The position numbers and the translations under genes were made by a program. Shown here piece by piece: positions 16,043 to 25,970 of a stretch of 64,000 nt of DNA. Every line of letters starts with the position of its first letter. Positions within the stretch are counted from its first letter, which is position 1. Source of the DNA: Gemmatimonadota bacterium. GTDB taxonomy: Bacteria; Gemmatimonadota; Gemmatimonadetes; Gemmatimonadales; GWC2-71-9. Location of the stretch: NCBI GenBank assembly GCA_003222195.1, contig QHVB01000028.1, positions 91,400 to 155,399 on the forward strand. The letters are read 5' to 3'. The notes below the pieces were generated by a model. That model ran no database searches. It was given only the letters and a program-made list of their open reading frames with translations, and was not told where the DNA came from.

Positions 16043-17239
16043 GTGAGCCTCCGCACCACGCCGTTTCATCCCCGCACCGGTCCATTGTCCGAAGGTCAGG
16101 CCTGGCGGCGCTGGGCCGGGTACGTCGTCGCGAGCTCCTACGAGCTCTCGCACGATCGCGAATACCACGCGATTCGGAATTCCGCGGCGCTGTTCGATGT
16201 CTCGCCGCTGTACAAGTACCTGGTCACCGGCCGTGACGCCGCGCGGCTGCTCGATCACGTCGTCACGCGCAACGTCGGCAAAGCCAAGGTCGGCCAAGTG
16301 CTGTACACGCCCTGGTGTGACAACGAGGGCAAACAGATCGACGACGGTACGATCTCTGTCCTGGGCGATCAGACGTACCGCATGACCTCGGCCGATCCCA
16401 CGCTGCGGTGGCTGCATCTGAACGCGTCTGGTCTCGATGTGAAGATTCAGGACGTCTCGGAGAGCACGGCTGCCCTCTCGCTCCAGGGCCCACGCTCGCG
16501 TGAGATCTTGCAGCTTGCCGCCGAGCGCGATCTCTCCAGTCTGAAATACTTCCGGCTGACGAGTGCCAAGATCCGGGGAATTCCGGTGACGATCTCGCGC
16601 ACCGGCTACACCGGCGACCTCGGCTACGAGGTCTGGGTAGATGCGGCGCAAGCCGTCCCGCTGTGGGATGCGATCGCGGAGACCGGCGCGCCGTACGGCA
16701 TCACGCCCGCGGGAATGCTGGCGCTCGATGTCGCACGCATCGAAGCAGGACTCCTGCTGATCGCAGTGGACTACTTCTCGTCGCGCCATGCCTTGATCGA
16801 ATCTCAGAAGTCATCACCACTCGAGCTCGGCCTCGGCTGGACCGTCGCGACCGACAAGGAACGCTACAACGGGCAGGCGGCGCTCGCTGCCGAGGGCAAG
16901 CGCGGCCCGGCGTGGCAGTTCACCGGTCTCACGGTCGACTGGGATTCGTTGGAGCAGCTGTACGCCGACGTCGGCCTGCCGCCCCGGCTGCCGAGCCAGG
17001 CGTGGCGCACCAGCGTACCGATCTACGATCGCGGCGGCCATAAGCAGCTGGGCTACGCGACGAGCGGCGGCTGGTCACCGCTGCTCAAGCGCTACATGGC
17101 GCTCGCACATCTCGGCTCCGCGCACGCAGAGCCGGGAACCGAAGTCCGCATGGAAGTGACGGTGGAGCATCGCCGGAGGCAGGCGAAGGCGCACGTCACG
17201 GCGCTCCCGTTCTTCAACCCTGAGCGCAAGCGCGGATGA
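16043..17239 (+). CDS. Aminomethyltransferase (GcvT/DmdA-like, folate-binding) family protein
   Basis: GTG start. AIRNSAALFDVSPLYKYLVTGRDAARLLDHVVTRNV...LSLQGPRSREIL...ISRTGYTGDLGYEVW is the GCV_T fold signature. Confidence 0.85.
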   Translation: MSLRTTPFHPRTGPLSEGQAWRRWAGYVVASSYELSHDREYHAIRNSAALFDVSPLYKYLVTGRDAARLLDHVVTRNVGKAKVGQVLYTPWCDNEGKQIDDGTISVLGDQTYRMTSADPTLRWLHLNASGLDVKIQDVSESTAALSLQGPRSREILQLAAERDLSSLKYFRLTSAKIRGIPVTISRTGYTGDLGYEVWVDAAQAVPLWDAIAETGAPYGITPAGMLALDVARIEAGLLLIAVDYFSSRHALIESQKSSPLELGLGWTVATDKERYNGQAALAAEGKRGPAWQFTGLTVDWDSLEQLYADVGLPPRLPSQAWRTSVPIYDRGGHKQLGYATSGGWSPLLKRYMALAHLGSAHAEPGTEVRMEVTVEHRRRQAKAHVTALPFFNPERKRG

Positions 17240-18813
17240 AACAGTACGACGCCATCGTCATCGGCGGCGGGCACAACGGGCTCGTCACCGCGGCCTACCT
17301 CGCGCGCGCGGGCAAATCGGTGCTCGTCCTCGAGCGCCGGCCGCGGGTCGGTGGTGCGGCCGTCACCGAAGAGATCTTCCCTGGCTTCAAGTTCACGATG
17401 TTCTCCTACGTCGTCTCGCTGCTCAGGCCGGAGATCATCCGCGATCTCGATCTGCCCCGGCATGGGCTGCACATCCTGCCGCTCGAGAGCACGGTCACGC
17501 CGATGGAAAACGGCGACTACCTCGCCGGCTGGGCCGACCACGACGAGACTCGCCGCGAGCTCTATCGCCACTCGCCGCGCGATGCGGAAGCGTACGACGA
17601 GTACGGCCGCCTGATGCACTTCATGGCGCAAGCGGTGAAGCCGATCCTGGGCATGGTGCCGCCGGATCCGACCTCGTTCGCCCCGGGCGATCTCGCCGGC
17701 CTGCTCAAGCTCGGCAAACACTTCCGCGGCCTGGGCGCGGAGCGGCTACACGCGCTCGTCAAGCTGATGACGATGAGCTCGGCGGATTTTCTGGACGAGT
17801 GGTTCGAGACCGATGTGCTCAAGGCCACCAAGTCGGCCAGCGGAATCATTGGGACGTTTCTGGGACCACGCTCCCCCGGTACCGCCTACGTCCTCCTTCA
17901 TCATTACATGGGAGAGCTGGACGGGGTGTTTAGGGCCTGGGGATTCGCGAAAGGGGGCACGGGCGCGGTGAGCGAAGCCATCGCATCAGCCGCCCGCTCG
18001 TTCGGGGCTGAGATCAGGTGCGATGCCGGCGTTTCGAAGGTCCTCGTGCGTACCGGCCGCGCCACTGGCGTCGTGCTCGAAAACGGGGACGAGTTGCCTG
18101 CGGGAATCGTCGTGTCGAGCCTCGACCCGCGTCGCACATTCCTCCAGCTGCTCGAGCCTGAGCACCTGCCGTCCCACCTCGTCGCGGACATCAAACGGTT
18201 CAAGTTCCGCGGCTCGTCGGGCAAAGTGAATCTCGCGCTCGACGCGTTGCCGAGCTTCACCTGCATGCCCGGCGTGGGCCGGCAGCATCGCGGCGCGATC
18301 TCAATCAGTCCCAGCCTCGACTACGTCGAGCGCGCCTATGATGACGCGAAGTACGGCGAGTTCTCGCGCCGCCCGTACATGGACATCGTGTTCCCCTCGA
18401 TGATCGATCCGGGCATGGCGCCTCCCGGCAAGCACGTCATGTCGATCTTCGTGCAGTACGCGCCGTACAACCTGAACGGCGGCTGGACCGACGCGAAACG
18501 CGAGGCGTTCGGCGACGCGGTCGTGAACACGGTCGAGAGCTTCGCACCGGGATTCAAATCCCAGATTCTGCACCGGCAGGTCATCACGCCGCTCGACATC
18601 GAGCGGATCACCGGCCTGTCCGAAGGCAACATCTTCGCGGGTGAGCTGGCGCTGCACCAGCTGTTCTTTCTCCGCCCCGCCCCGGGCTGGGCGAAGTTCG
18701 CGACGCCGGTGCGCGGGTTCTTTCAATGCGGCTCGGGCACGCATCCGGGCGGTGGCATCATGGGCGCTTCGGGGCGCCTCGCGGCGATGCGCATCCTGAA
18801 GGACGGCAAGTGA
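17236..18813 (+). CDS. FAD/NAD(P)-dependent oxidoreductase, phytoene-desaturase (CrtI, COG1233)-like
   Basis: MKQYDAIVIGGGHNGLVTAAYLARAGKSVLVLERR dinucleotide-binding motif and C-terminal FQCGSGTHPGGGIMGASGR. ATGA overlap with the upstream gene. Confidence 0.85.
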   Translation: MKQYDAIVIGGGHNGLVTAAYLARAGKSVLVLERRPRVGGAAVTEEIFPGFKFTMFSYVVSLLRPEIIRDLDLPRHGLHILPLESTVTPMENGDYLAGWADHDETRRELYRHSPRDAEAYDEYGRLMHFMAQAVKPILGMVPPDPTSFAPGDLAGLLKLGKHFRGLGAERLHALVKLMTMSSADFLDEWFETDVLKATKSASGIIGTFLGPRSPGTAYVLLHHYMGELDGVFRAWGFAKGGTGAVSEAIASAARSFGAEIRCDAGVSKVLVRTGRATGVVLENGDELPAGIVVSSLDPRRTFLQLLEPEHLPSHLVADIKRFKFRGSSGKVNLALDALPSFTCMPGVGRQHRGAISISPSLDYVERAYDDAKYGEFSRRPYMDIVFPSMIDPGMAPPGKHVMSIFVQYAPYNLNGGWTDAKREAFGDAVVNTVESFAPGFKSQILHRQVITPLDIERITGLSEGNIFAGELALHQLFFLRPAPGWAKFATPVRGFFQCGSGTHPGGGIMGASGRLAAMRILKDGK

Positions 18814-20216
18814 GCTACGACGCGCTCGTCATCGGCGCCGGGGCGAATGGCCTCGTCACCGCGCACTACCTCGCCCGGGCGGGCAAGCACGTCCTCGTCG
18901 TCGAGCAGCGCCATGCGGCCGATCCATCGGCCGATATCGGCTGGGTACCCGATGTCGTGATCCGCGATCTCGGCCTGGCCCGCGCCGGCCTGCGGATCGA
19001 ACAGCCGGATCCGTGGATCACGGTGCCGCTCGCCGGCGGCCGGGGGGGGGGCGGCACACTCGAGCTGTCGCGCGACATCGGACGATCGGTCGAGGCGATT
19101 CGGCACATCAGCCCGTCCGATGCCGCGAAATGGCCGGAGTTCTGCAATCGCATGCGGACACTCGCTGGTGTGCTGGAGCGACTCTATCTCGTGCCGCCTC
19201 CGGACATCGAGTCGACCGACGCCCGCGAGCTGGCGCGCATCGCCGGTCTGGGCCTCTACGTCCGCCGCCGCGGCAAACAAACGGTCATCGACCTGGCGCG
19301 CATCCTCCCGATGTCCATCACGGAGCTGCTGGACGACTGGTTCGAGAGCGACGTGCTCAAAGGCCTGCTCGGCGCGCTCGGCATCTGGCACCTGAAACAG
19401 GGGCCGCGCGCCGGCGGCACCGCGTTCAACTTCCTGCACCATCACGCCGGCAGTCCGGCGGGTGTGTTCCGCCCCCCCCGCTCCAACGTGACGCAGGCGC
19501 TGTCAGCGCTGCCGGGCGTGGAAGTCCGGCACGGCGAGCGGGCAAACGTCCTCGCGCCGAACGGCCGGGCCACCGGTGTCGTGCTCGAAAAGAGCGGTGA
19601 GGAAATTCTCGCGCCGCTCGTCGTGTCCAGCGCCGATCCACGCAGCACGCTCCAGCCGGTCGCGATCGAGCTCGACCCCGAGTTCGGCCGCGCCGTCGAC
19701 AACATCAAGGCACGTGGCGTCGTCGCGCGCGGCACCCTCACCCTGGAAAGCACACCGGCGTACAGCACGCTCTGCATTGCGCCGTCGCTCGACTATCTCG
19801 AGCACGCCTATGACGATGCCAAATACGGCCGGGACTCGGCGACTCCCTATGTCGAAGTGCAGAAGACGGACGGCCGGCTCGAGCTGCACGTGCAGTATGT
19901 GCCGTATACGGATGGAGCCGCGAACGTGCAGCGTCATCAGGCGTTGCAGCTGCGCGTCGCGCAGGTCCTGGGCGCGCAGCCCAGCCAGGTCAAGCTGCAC
20001 TCGCCGGACGAGGAGGAGCTGCAGCACGGCTCGACCGAGGGGCACCTCTACCACGGTGAGCTCACTCTCGACCAAATTCTGTTCATGCGTCCCGTCCCCG
20101 GCTGGAGCCGCTATCGCACCCCGATCGAGGGGCTGTACCTGTGCGGCTCGGGGACACATCCGGGTGGCGGGATTCCCGGAGCCGCCGGACGGAACGCGGC
20201 GCGCGAGATGCTATGA
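18810..20216 (+). CDS. Second, more divergent CrtI-like FAD-dependent oxidoreductase (paralog of 17236..18813)
   Basis: The GTG at 18810 overlaps the upstream TGA (GTGA). VSYDALVIGAGANGLVTAHYLARAGKHVLVVEQR...YLCGSGTHPGGGIPGAAGR. It aligns in frame with the upstream paralog along its whole length. Confidence 0.8.
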   Translation: MSYDALVIGAGANGLVTAHYLARAGKHVLVVEQRHAADPSADIGWVPDVVIRDLGLARAGLRIEQPDPWITVPLAGGRGGGGTLELSRDIGRSVEAIRHISPSDAAKWPEFCNRMRTLAGVLERLYLVPPPDIESTDARELARIAGLGLYVRRRGKQTVIDLARILPMSITELLDDWFESDVLKGLLGALGIWHLKQGPRAGGTAFNFLHHHAGSPAGVFRPPRSNVTQALSALPGVEVRHGERANVLAPNGRATGVVLEKSGEEILAPLVVSSADPRSTLQPVAIELDPEFGRAVDNIKARGVVARGTLTLESTPAYSTLCIAPSLDYLEHAYDDAKYGRDSATPYVEVQKTDGRLELHVQYVPYTDGAANVQRHQALQLRVAQVLGAQPSQVKLHSPDEEELQHGSTEGHLYHGELTLDQILFMRPVPGWSRYRTPIEGLYLCGSGTHPGGGIPGAAGRNAAREML

Positions 20217-21331
20217 CATTCCTCAGGACCGTCGAGAGCTACCGGCAGGGTGCCCGGACGCTTCCCGGGCGCTACTACACCGCGCCGGAGGTGTTCGCGG
20301 AGGAGCAGGAGCGCATCTTCCGCCATCAGTGGATCTGCGTCGGGCGCGATGCGTCGCTCGCGGTGCCGGGTGATTACGTCGTGGCCGAGGTCGCGGGCGA
20401 AAGCATCATCGTGCTGCGCGATCAATCGGGTGAGCGGCGCGCCTACTACAACGTGTGCCGTCACCGCGGGACGCGGTTGTGCGAAGCGCCGAAAGGCCGG
20501 CTCTCCGAAACGATTCAGTGCCCGTATCACGCCTGGACGTACGCGCTCGACGGCCGGTTGATCGGCGCGCCGCACATGAACGAAGTGGAAGGCTTCGACA
20601 AGAAGGCCTATCCGCTCCACTCCGTCGCGCTCTATGAGTGGCAAGGGTTTCTCTTCGTCAATCACGACACCGGGGCGATCCCGGCCGGTCAATGGTTCGC
20701 GCCGCTCAAGGACCGATTTGCGAACTACAACCTGCCGCTGCTCAAGACGGTGCGGCGCATCGAATACGACGTGCGCGCGAACTGGAAGCTGATCCTGCAG
20801 AACTACAACGAATGTCTGCACTGCCCGACGATTCATCCGGAGCTGTCGACCAAGCTGCCTTACACGAGCGGCGCCAACGATCTCATCGATGGGCCGTTCC
20901 TGGGCGGCTACATGGAGATCAAGGCGCCCAACGAGAGCGCGACGATGACGGGCCGGGCGTGTGCGTTGCCCCTCGGCACACTGCCGGCTGCCGATCAGCG
21001 CCGCGCGTTCTACTACGCGCTCTTTCCGACGATGATGCTGAGCCTGCATCCCGACTACGGCGTCTTTTACACGGTGTGGCCGGTGTCGGCTACCGCGTCG
21101 CGCGTAGTCTGCGAATGGATGGTGCATCCCGACGCGCCGGCCGCCGCCGGCTACAACATTCAGGACGCCGAGGAATTCTGGGATCGCACCAACCGGCAGG
21201 ACTGGCACATTTGCGAGCAGAGCCAGCTTGGCATCAGCTCGCGCGTGTACGCGCCCGGCCCCTACTCGCCGCGCGAAAGCATCCCCGCCGCATGGGATCG
21301 CACCTACCTGAGGGCATTTGAAGGAGCTTGA
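20213..21331 (+). CDS. Rieske [2Fe-2S] non-heme-iron oxygenase alpha subunit (GbcA/Stc2/choline-monooxygenase-like)
   Basis: The ATG at 20213 overlaps the upstream stop (ATGA). Rieske ligands CRHRG...CPYHAW. The catalytic domain contains NYNECLHCPTIHPEL (mononuclear iron region). Confidence 0.9.
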   Translation: MTFLRTVESYRQGARTLPGRYYTAPEVFAEEQERIFRHQWICVGRDASLAVPGDYVVAEVAGESIIVLRDQSGERRAYYNVCRHRGTRLCEAPKGRLSETIQCPYHAWTYALDGRLIGAPHMNEVEGFDKKAYPLHSVALYEWQGFLFVNHDTGAIPAGQWFAPLKDRFANYNLPLLKTVRRIEYDVRANWKLILQNYNECLHCPTIHPELSTKLPYTSGANDLIDGPFLGGYMEIKAPNESATMTGRACALPLGTLPAADQRRAFYYALFPTMMLSLHPDYGVFYTVWPVSATASRVVCEWMVHPDAPAAAGYNIQDAEEFWDRTNRQDWHICEQSQLGISSRVYAPGPYSPRESIPAAWDRTYLRAFEGA

Positions 21332-21335
21332 AGAT

Positions 21336-22571
21336 GTGCTGAAGGAAGTCGCGGAACGCCTTAAGGACAACTACCCATACGGCGATCCGCTGTACGCGGG
21401 GCAGATGCTCAAACCCCCACACGACGTCGCGCGCCGTGCATATGAGATGGCGCTCCCGATCAATCCGAACAACCACGCCCTCGACGGCGGCCGCGCCAGC
21501 TCTGCGATGGAGAAGGAAGCGGTCGCTGATCTGGCCAGGATGATCGGCTGGGACACGCACCTCGGTCATCTGTGCGGCGGCGGTACGATGGCAAACCTCG
21601 AGGCGCTGTGGATCGCCGGGCAGCTGCATCCAGGCAAGACGATCCTCGCGTCGACGCAGGCGCATTACACGCACCAGCGCATTGCCGGCGTGCTCAGACT
21701 GCCGTTCGAAGCGATCCCCTGTGACCGTCGCGGCCGCATGGATGTCGACGCCCTCGAGCGCCGGCTCGGCGCCGGCGACGTCGGGACGGTTGTCGCCACG
21801 CTGGGCACGACGGCTACCGGTGCCGTAGACCCACTCGCGGCCATCGTCGACCTGCGCCGCCGCTACGACTTCCGGATTCACGCCGACGCCGCGTACGGCG
21901 GCTACTTCCTGCTGTCTGACAACCTCGAAGCCGACACCAACACGGCGTTCGAGTGCATCCGCGAAGCGGCCTCCGCCGTCATCGATCCCCACAAGCACGG
22001 GCTGCAGCCGTATGGGTGCGGGTGCGTGCTGTTTCGCGACCCATCGGTTGGGCGCTTCTACCGGCACGATTCGCCCTACACGTACTTCACGTCGGATGAG
22101 ATGCACCTCGGCGAGATCGCGCTCGAATGTTCGCGCCCCGGGGCCGCGGCCGTCGCGCTGTGGGCGACGCAGCGACTGTTTCCGCTGGAGCGCGGGGGAG
22201 AATTCGCGAAGGGTCTGGCTGCCGGGCGCGCGGCCGCGCTCGACCTGCACGCCCGGCTGCGTCGCGATGGGCGGTTCGTGACGGGCACTTCGCCCGAGCT
22301 CGACATCCTCGTGTGGGCTCCACACGTGAAAAGTGTCAGCGAGGCGTCGAATCTGTCACGGCGGATCTTTGCGGAAGCGGCGCAGCGTCAGCTCCATCTC
22401 GCGATCGCGACGTTGCCGGTGCATCTGATCGACGTCGGGGACATGACGCGCGATTGCGACACGATCGTCTGCCTGCGCTCCGTGCTCATGAAGCCGGAGC
22501 ACCGGGAATGGACGGATCGGATTTGGGCGATTCTCGACGCGGCGACCACGGCCGCGGGTGTCACGCGCTAG
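21336..22571 (+). CDS. PLP-dependent group II decarboxylase-like enzyme
   Basis: GGGTMANLEALW, HADAAYGGY and DPHKHGL (PLP-lysine motif). The GTG at 21336 lies 9 nt after AAGGAG; the alternative TTG at 21318 overlaps the Rieske gene end. Confidence 0.8.
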   Translation: MLKEVAERLKDNYPYGDPLYAGQMLKPPHDVARRAYEMALPINPNNHALDGGRASSAMEKEAVADLARMIGWDTHLGHLCGGGTMANLEALWIAGQLHPGKTILASTQAHYTHQRIAGVLRLPFEAIPCDRRGRMDVDALERRLGAGDVGTVVATLGTTATGAVDPLAAIVDLRRRYDFRIHADAAYGGYFLLSDNLEADTNTAFECIREAASAVIDPHKHGLQPYGCGCVLFRDPSVGRFYRHDSPYTYFTSDEMHLGEIALECSRPGAAAVALWATQRLFPLERGGEFAKGLAAGRAAALDLHARLRRDGRFVTGTSPELDILVWAPHVKSVSEASNLSRRIFAEAAQRQLHLAIATLPVHLIDVGDMTRDCDTIVCLRSVLMKPEHREWTDRIWAILDAATTAAGVTR

Positions 22572-24721
22572 TCGACGTACCCGCTCGAGAGCCGGACGAT
22601 CAGATTGCGGCCCGGATCGAACGCAAACTCCTTGTATCTGCTCAAGAAGCTGCGATAGCGCTGGTTCATCGCGTTGCGGAGCGCGATGTCGAGCCGCATC
22701 GGCCGTCCGAACAGGCGCACGTCCGCGCCGGCGCCGAGGTGGACGAGCGCGTAGCCCGCGGTCGGAATGTCGAGCGGATTGGGGCGATCCGGCCGCGCAT
22801 AGGCGTCGACATCGATGCTGAAACGATCGCGCCAGCCGAAACCGATCGTCGCGCGCCGCGGCGGCAGGAGCGGCAGCGGCTCGTGCGACGTGAGATTGGT
22901 CCCCCGTACCGCTTCGACGCGGCCCCGCGCGACCAGGCCCCGCGCGACTTCGGCTTCGACCAACGCTTCGCCGCCGAGCATTTCGGCCTGCGACTGTCCG
23001 TACTGATAGACGCGGAGCGAATCGATGAAGACGGCGGTCGGCGTGATGTAGAGGAAGTCGGACAGGCGATTGTGATAAGCAGCGACTTCGAAGCGGGCCC
23101 GTCGCCCGCTCCAGCGCACGCCCAAGTCGACGCCGCGGCTGGTCTCCGGCTTCAGCGTCGAATCTCCCCGCTCGTAGCGGGCCTCACCGATATGCGGGCC
23201 GTTGGCGAACAGCTCGAACAGGGTCGGCGCGCGCCACGCTCTGCCGACGTTGAGGCTCAACGACAGTCCGGACGCGGGTGAGAAGACGACGCCGGCGTTG
23301 CCGGACCACGCCTGGGAGTTGCGATCCTGCGCGACGACACCCAGTGAATCGTTGTGATCGGCGCTGAGGCGCCGGGCGTCCGCGCGCAGCCCGGCGAGCA
23401 GCGTCCAGCGCCCCGAGCCCGGACTCCACTGCTGGAATGCAAAGGCTGCGCCCGACAGCGTGCTCGCGTTGGGAACGATCGGCTCGCGTCCGGTGGCGTC
23501 GTTGTGCTGGCTTACGGTCGTGATGCCGAATGTGGTGCCGCCGTGATGCAGGAGCAGATCGAGCGAGCCGGTCTGGAGCAGCAGATTGAATTGCTCCGAC
23601 TCCTTACCGGTCGAGTCGTCCGCTATTTCGATCAACGAGTGGCGTTGCACCTGGGCCTTGGCTTCGAGCCGCCAATGTCCCCACGGCCGCTGGCCGGTGA
23701 TCTGCACCCGTTCATCTCCAGCCTTGCGCTCGGGACCGCCAGTCTCGCCCGGCGGGGCATTCGCCTCGAGCAGCTTGAACTCGCCGCCGTAGTGGACGAC
23801 GCGGGCCGACAGGGAGCTGCCCGACGGCCAGCGCCATCCCGCCGCGGCTTCGCCGTTGAACGCGCCGAAGCCCGTGTTGTCGAGCTCGCCCGCCGGCGTG
23901 TGCAGGTTGCTGGCATGCCGGCCGATCGCGGCGACGCGCCAGCCCATGTTTCCGCGCGCGCCTTCGACCTGTGCGCCGGGGGCGAGCTCGATGTTGTTGC
24001 TCGCCGCCGAGAGGGTGAATCCCGTGCGCAGGAACCCAGGCCCGCCGGCGGCGTCGGGCAGCGCTGCGGGGATCACGTTGATGACGCCACCGACCGCATC
24101 GGACCCGTACAGCACGCTCGCGGGCCCGCGAATCAGCTCGACGCGGCGTACGAACGCGGTCTCGACTGATGGGCCGTCCTCATCGCTCCACGAGTAGTCC
24201 TCGAGCCGGCTGCCGTTCTCGAGCACGAGCACGCGCGGGCCCGAGAAGCCACGAATCACCGGTTTCCCGATCTGTAAGCCCGTCGTGATCGCGTTGACGC
24301 CGGGGAGCGCTGCGACGACGTGCGCGAGTGAGACGCTTTGCGCGCGTCGCAGCTCATCGCCGGCGAGCGCAGCGGTCGGGAGGGGTGAGAGCTGGGAAGC
24401 GAGCGGCTGCCGCGTCGCGGTGACAGTCACGGGCTCGAGCCGGAACGCGCTGGGTGCGAGCACGATTGCCAGTGCGGGCTGCCCCGTACCGACCGAGATC
24501 TCGCACACCGCCGGAGCGAACCCGGTGCGCCGCACGGTGAGGGTGTAGCGGCCGGGCGCCAGCACGATCCGAAACCCGCCATCGGCGGCGGTCGTGACGA
24601 TCGTGCCGAGGTCGGTGACTTCGACGCTGGCCTGCGGGATGGGCTGGCCGGCCTTGTCCACGACGTGGCCCGTTACGGTATCCGCCGGCAGGATGAGCAT
24701 CGATAGGAGGAGTGCGAGCAT
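22568..24721 (-). CDS. TonB-dependent receptor with an N-terminal carboxypeptidase-regulatory-like domain
   Basis: TVTGHVVDKAGQPIPQASVEV...GRYTLTVRRTGF (CarboxypepD_reg), plug region LPGVNAITTGLQIGKPVIRGF...VELIRGPASVLYGSDAVGGVINV, then a long beta-barrel. Confidence 0.9.
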   Translation of the reverse strand: MLALLLSMLILPADTVTGHVVDKAGQPIPQASVEVTDLGTIVTTAADGGFRIVLAPGRYTLTVRRTGFAPAVCEISVGTGQPALAIVLAPSAFRLEPVTVTATRQPLASQLSPLPTAALAGDELRRAQSVSLAHVVAALPGVNAITTGLQIGKPVIRGFSGPRVLVLENGSRLEDYSWSDEDGPSVETAFVRRVELIRGPASVLYGSDAVGGVINVIPAALPDAAGGPGFLRTGFTLSAASNNIELAPGAQVEGARGNMGWRVAAIGRHASNLHTPAGELDNTGFGAFNGEAAAGWRWPSGSSLSARVVHYGGEFKLLEANAPPGETGGPERKAGDERVQITGQRPWGHWRLEAKAQVQRHSLIEIADDSTGKESEQFNLLLQTGSLDLLLHHGGTTFGITTVSQHNDATGREPIVPNASTLSGAAFAFQQWSPGSGRWTLLAGLRADARRLSADHNDSLGVVAQDRNSQAWSGNAGVVFSPASGLSLSLNVGRAWRAPTLFELFANGPHIGEARYERGDSTLKPETSRGVDLGVRWSGRRARFEVAAYHNRLSDFLYITPTAVFIDSLRVYQYGQSQAEMLGGEALVEAEVARGLVARGRVEAVRGTNLTSHEPLPLLPPRRATIGFGWRDRFSIDVDAYARPDRPNPLDIPTAGYALVHLGAGADVRLFGRPMRLDIALRNAMNQRYRSFLSRYKEFAFDPGRNLIVRLSSGYVD

Positions 24722-24782
24722 GCCTTAAAACTATCTCTGTGGGTCTGGCCAGACAGCCCGTCCCGGTGAGATTAGTGCCCCC

Positions 24783-25970
24783 ATGACGAGTTGGCTCGCC
24801 GATTGGGCAAACCTCCTACTGCGCTGGGCGCACTTCGTGGCCGGCATCGCCTGGATCGGCAGCTCCTTCTATTTCATCTGGCTGGACCGCGCACTGACCA
24901 AACCGGAACACGCGAAGCCCGGCGTCGAAGGCGACCTGTGGATGGTGCACAGCGGTGGCTTCTATCAAGTCGAGAAGCGCCGCCCGGGCCCGGGCGAAGT
25001 CCCTGCCGTGCTGCATTGGTTCAAATGGGAAGCGATGCTGACTTGGATCACGGGCATCGCCCTGCTCATCCTCGTCTTCTACCTCGGCAGTGCCTATCTG
25101 CTCGATCCGAACGTTTCCCGCATCAGTCGCGGTGCGGCGATAGCCGTGGGAATCGGGCTGATTGTGCTCGGCTGGCCGATCTACGACGGTCTCTGGCGCT
25201 CGCCGCTCGCACGCCGTCCGCCGATCGCGGCCGCGGTTTCACTCGGGCTACTGACCGCCGTCACGGTGCTGGTGTGCCGGCTATTCTCCGGCCGCGCCGC
25301 CTTCATGCACGTTGGAGCGCTGCTCGGCACGATCATGGTCGCGAATGTCTGGGAGCGTATTCTTCCCGCCCAACGGCAGATGCTTGATGCGACGCGTGCC
25401 GGTCGCCCGGCCGACTTCACCCTCGGCGAACGCGCGAAGCAGCGCTCGGTCCACAACAGCTACATGACGTTTCCGCTGCTGCTCATCATGCTGTCGAATC
25501 ATTTTCCAGCGACGTATGCGAGTCCGCTCAATTGGCTGGTGCTGTTGCTGCTCGGCGTCGCGGGCGCGTTCGTGCGCCACGCCATGATCGGGCGCGGCCG
25601 ATCGGCCCGCTGGGCGCTGCTTCCCGCCGCGCTCACGCTCTTCGGTGCCATGTTCTTTTCAACGCCCAAAGGTGCTGCTGCGCGCATTCGCACCGCGACC
25701 GACTCGGTGCCATCTTTTGCGGCGGTGCGGTCCGTGATCGCGCAGCGCTGCCAGCCGTGTCACTCGCAATATCAGAGCGACCGCACGTTTGGACCTGCGC
25801 CGGGCGGCGTCACGTTCGATACGCCGGAGAGTGTTGCGCGCATGGCGGAGCGCATCCGCGTGCGGGCCATCGAAACGAAGACGATGCCGCTCGCGAACAA
25901 GACCGGGATCACCGACGCAGAGCGCGACGTCCTCGCGCGCTGGATCGCGGCCGGCGCGCCGTTGCGTTAA
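24783..25970 (+). CDS. PuuD-like membrane protein (urate-hydroxylase-type N-terminal domain) with a C-terminal cytochrome c domain
   Basis: LLRWAHFVAGIAWIGSSFYFIWLDRAL...DLWMVHSGGFYQVEK, multiple TM helices, and the C-terminal heme motif CQPCHS. Confidence 0.75.
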   Translation: MTSWLADWANLLLRWAHFVAGIAWIGSSFYFIWLDRALTKPEHAKPGVEGDLWMVHSGGFYQVEKRRPGPGEVPAVLHWFKWEAMLTWITGIALLILVFYLGSAYLLDPNVSRISRGAAIAVGIGLIVLGWPIYDGLWRSPLARRPPIAAAVSLGLLTAVTVLVCRLFSGRAAFMHVGALLGTIMVANVWERILPAQRQMLDATRAGRPADFTLGERAKQRSVHNSYMTFPLLLIMLSNHFPATYASPLNWLVLLLLGVAGAFVRHAMIGRGRSARWALLPAALTLFGAMFFSTPKGAAARIRTATDSVPSFAAVRSVIAQRCQPCHSQYQSDRTFGPAPGGVTFDTPESVARMAERIRVRAIETKTMPLANKTGITDAERDVLARWIAAGAPLR

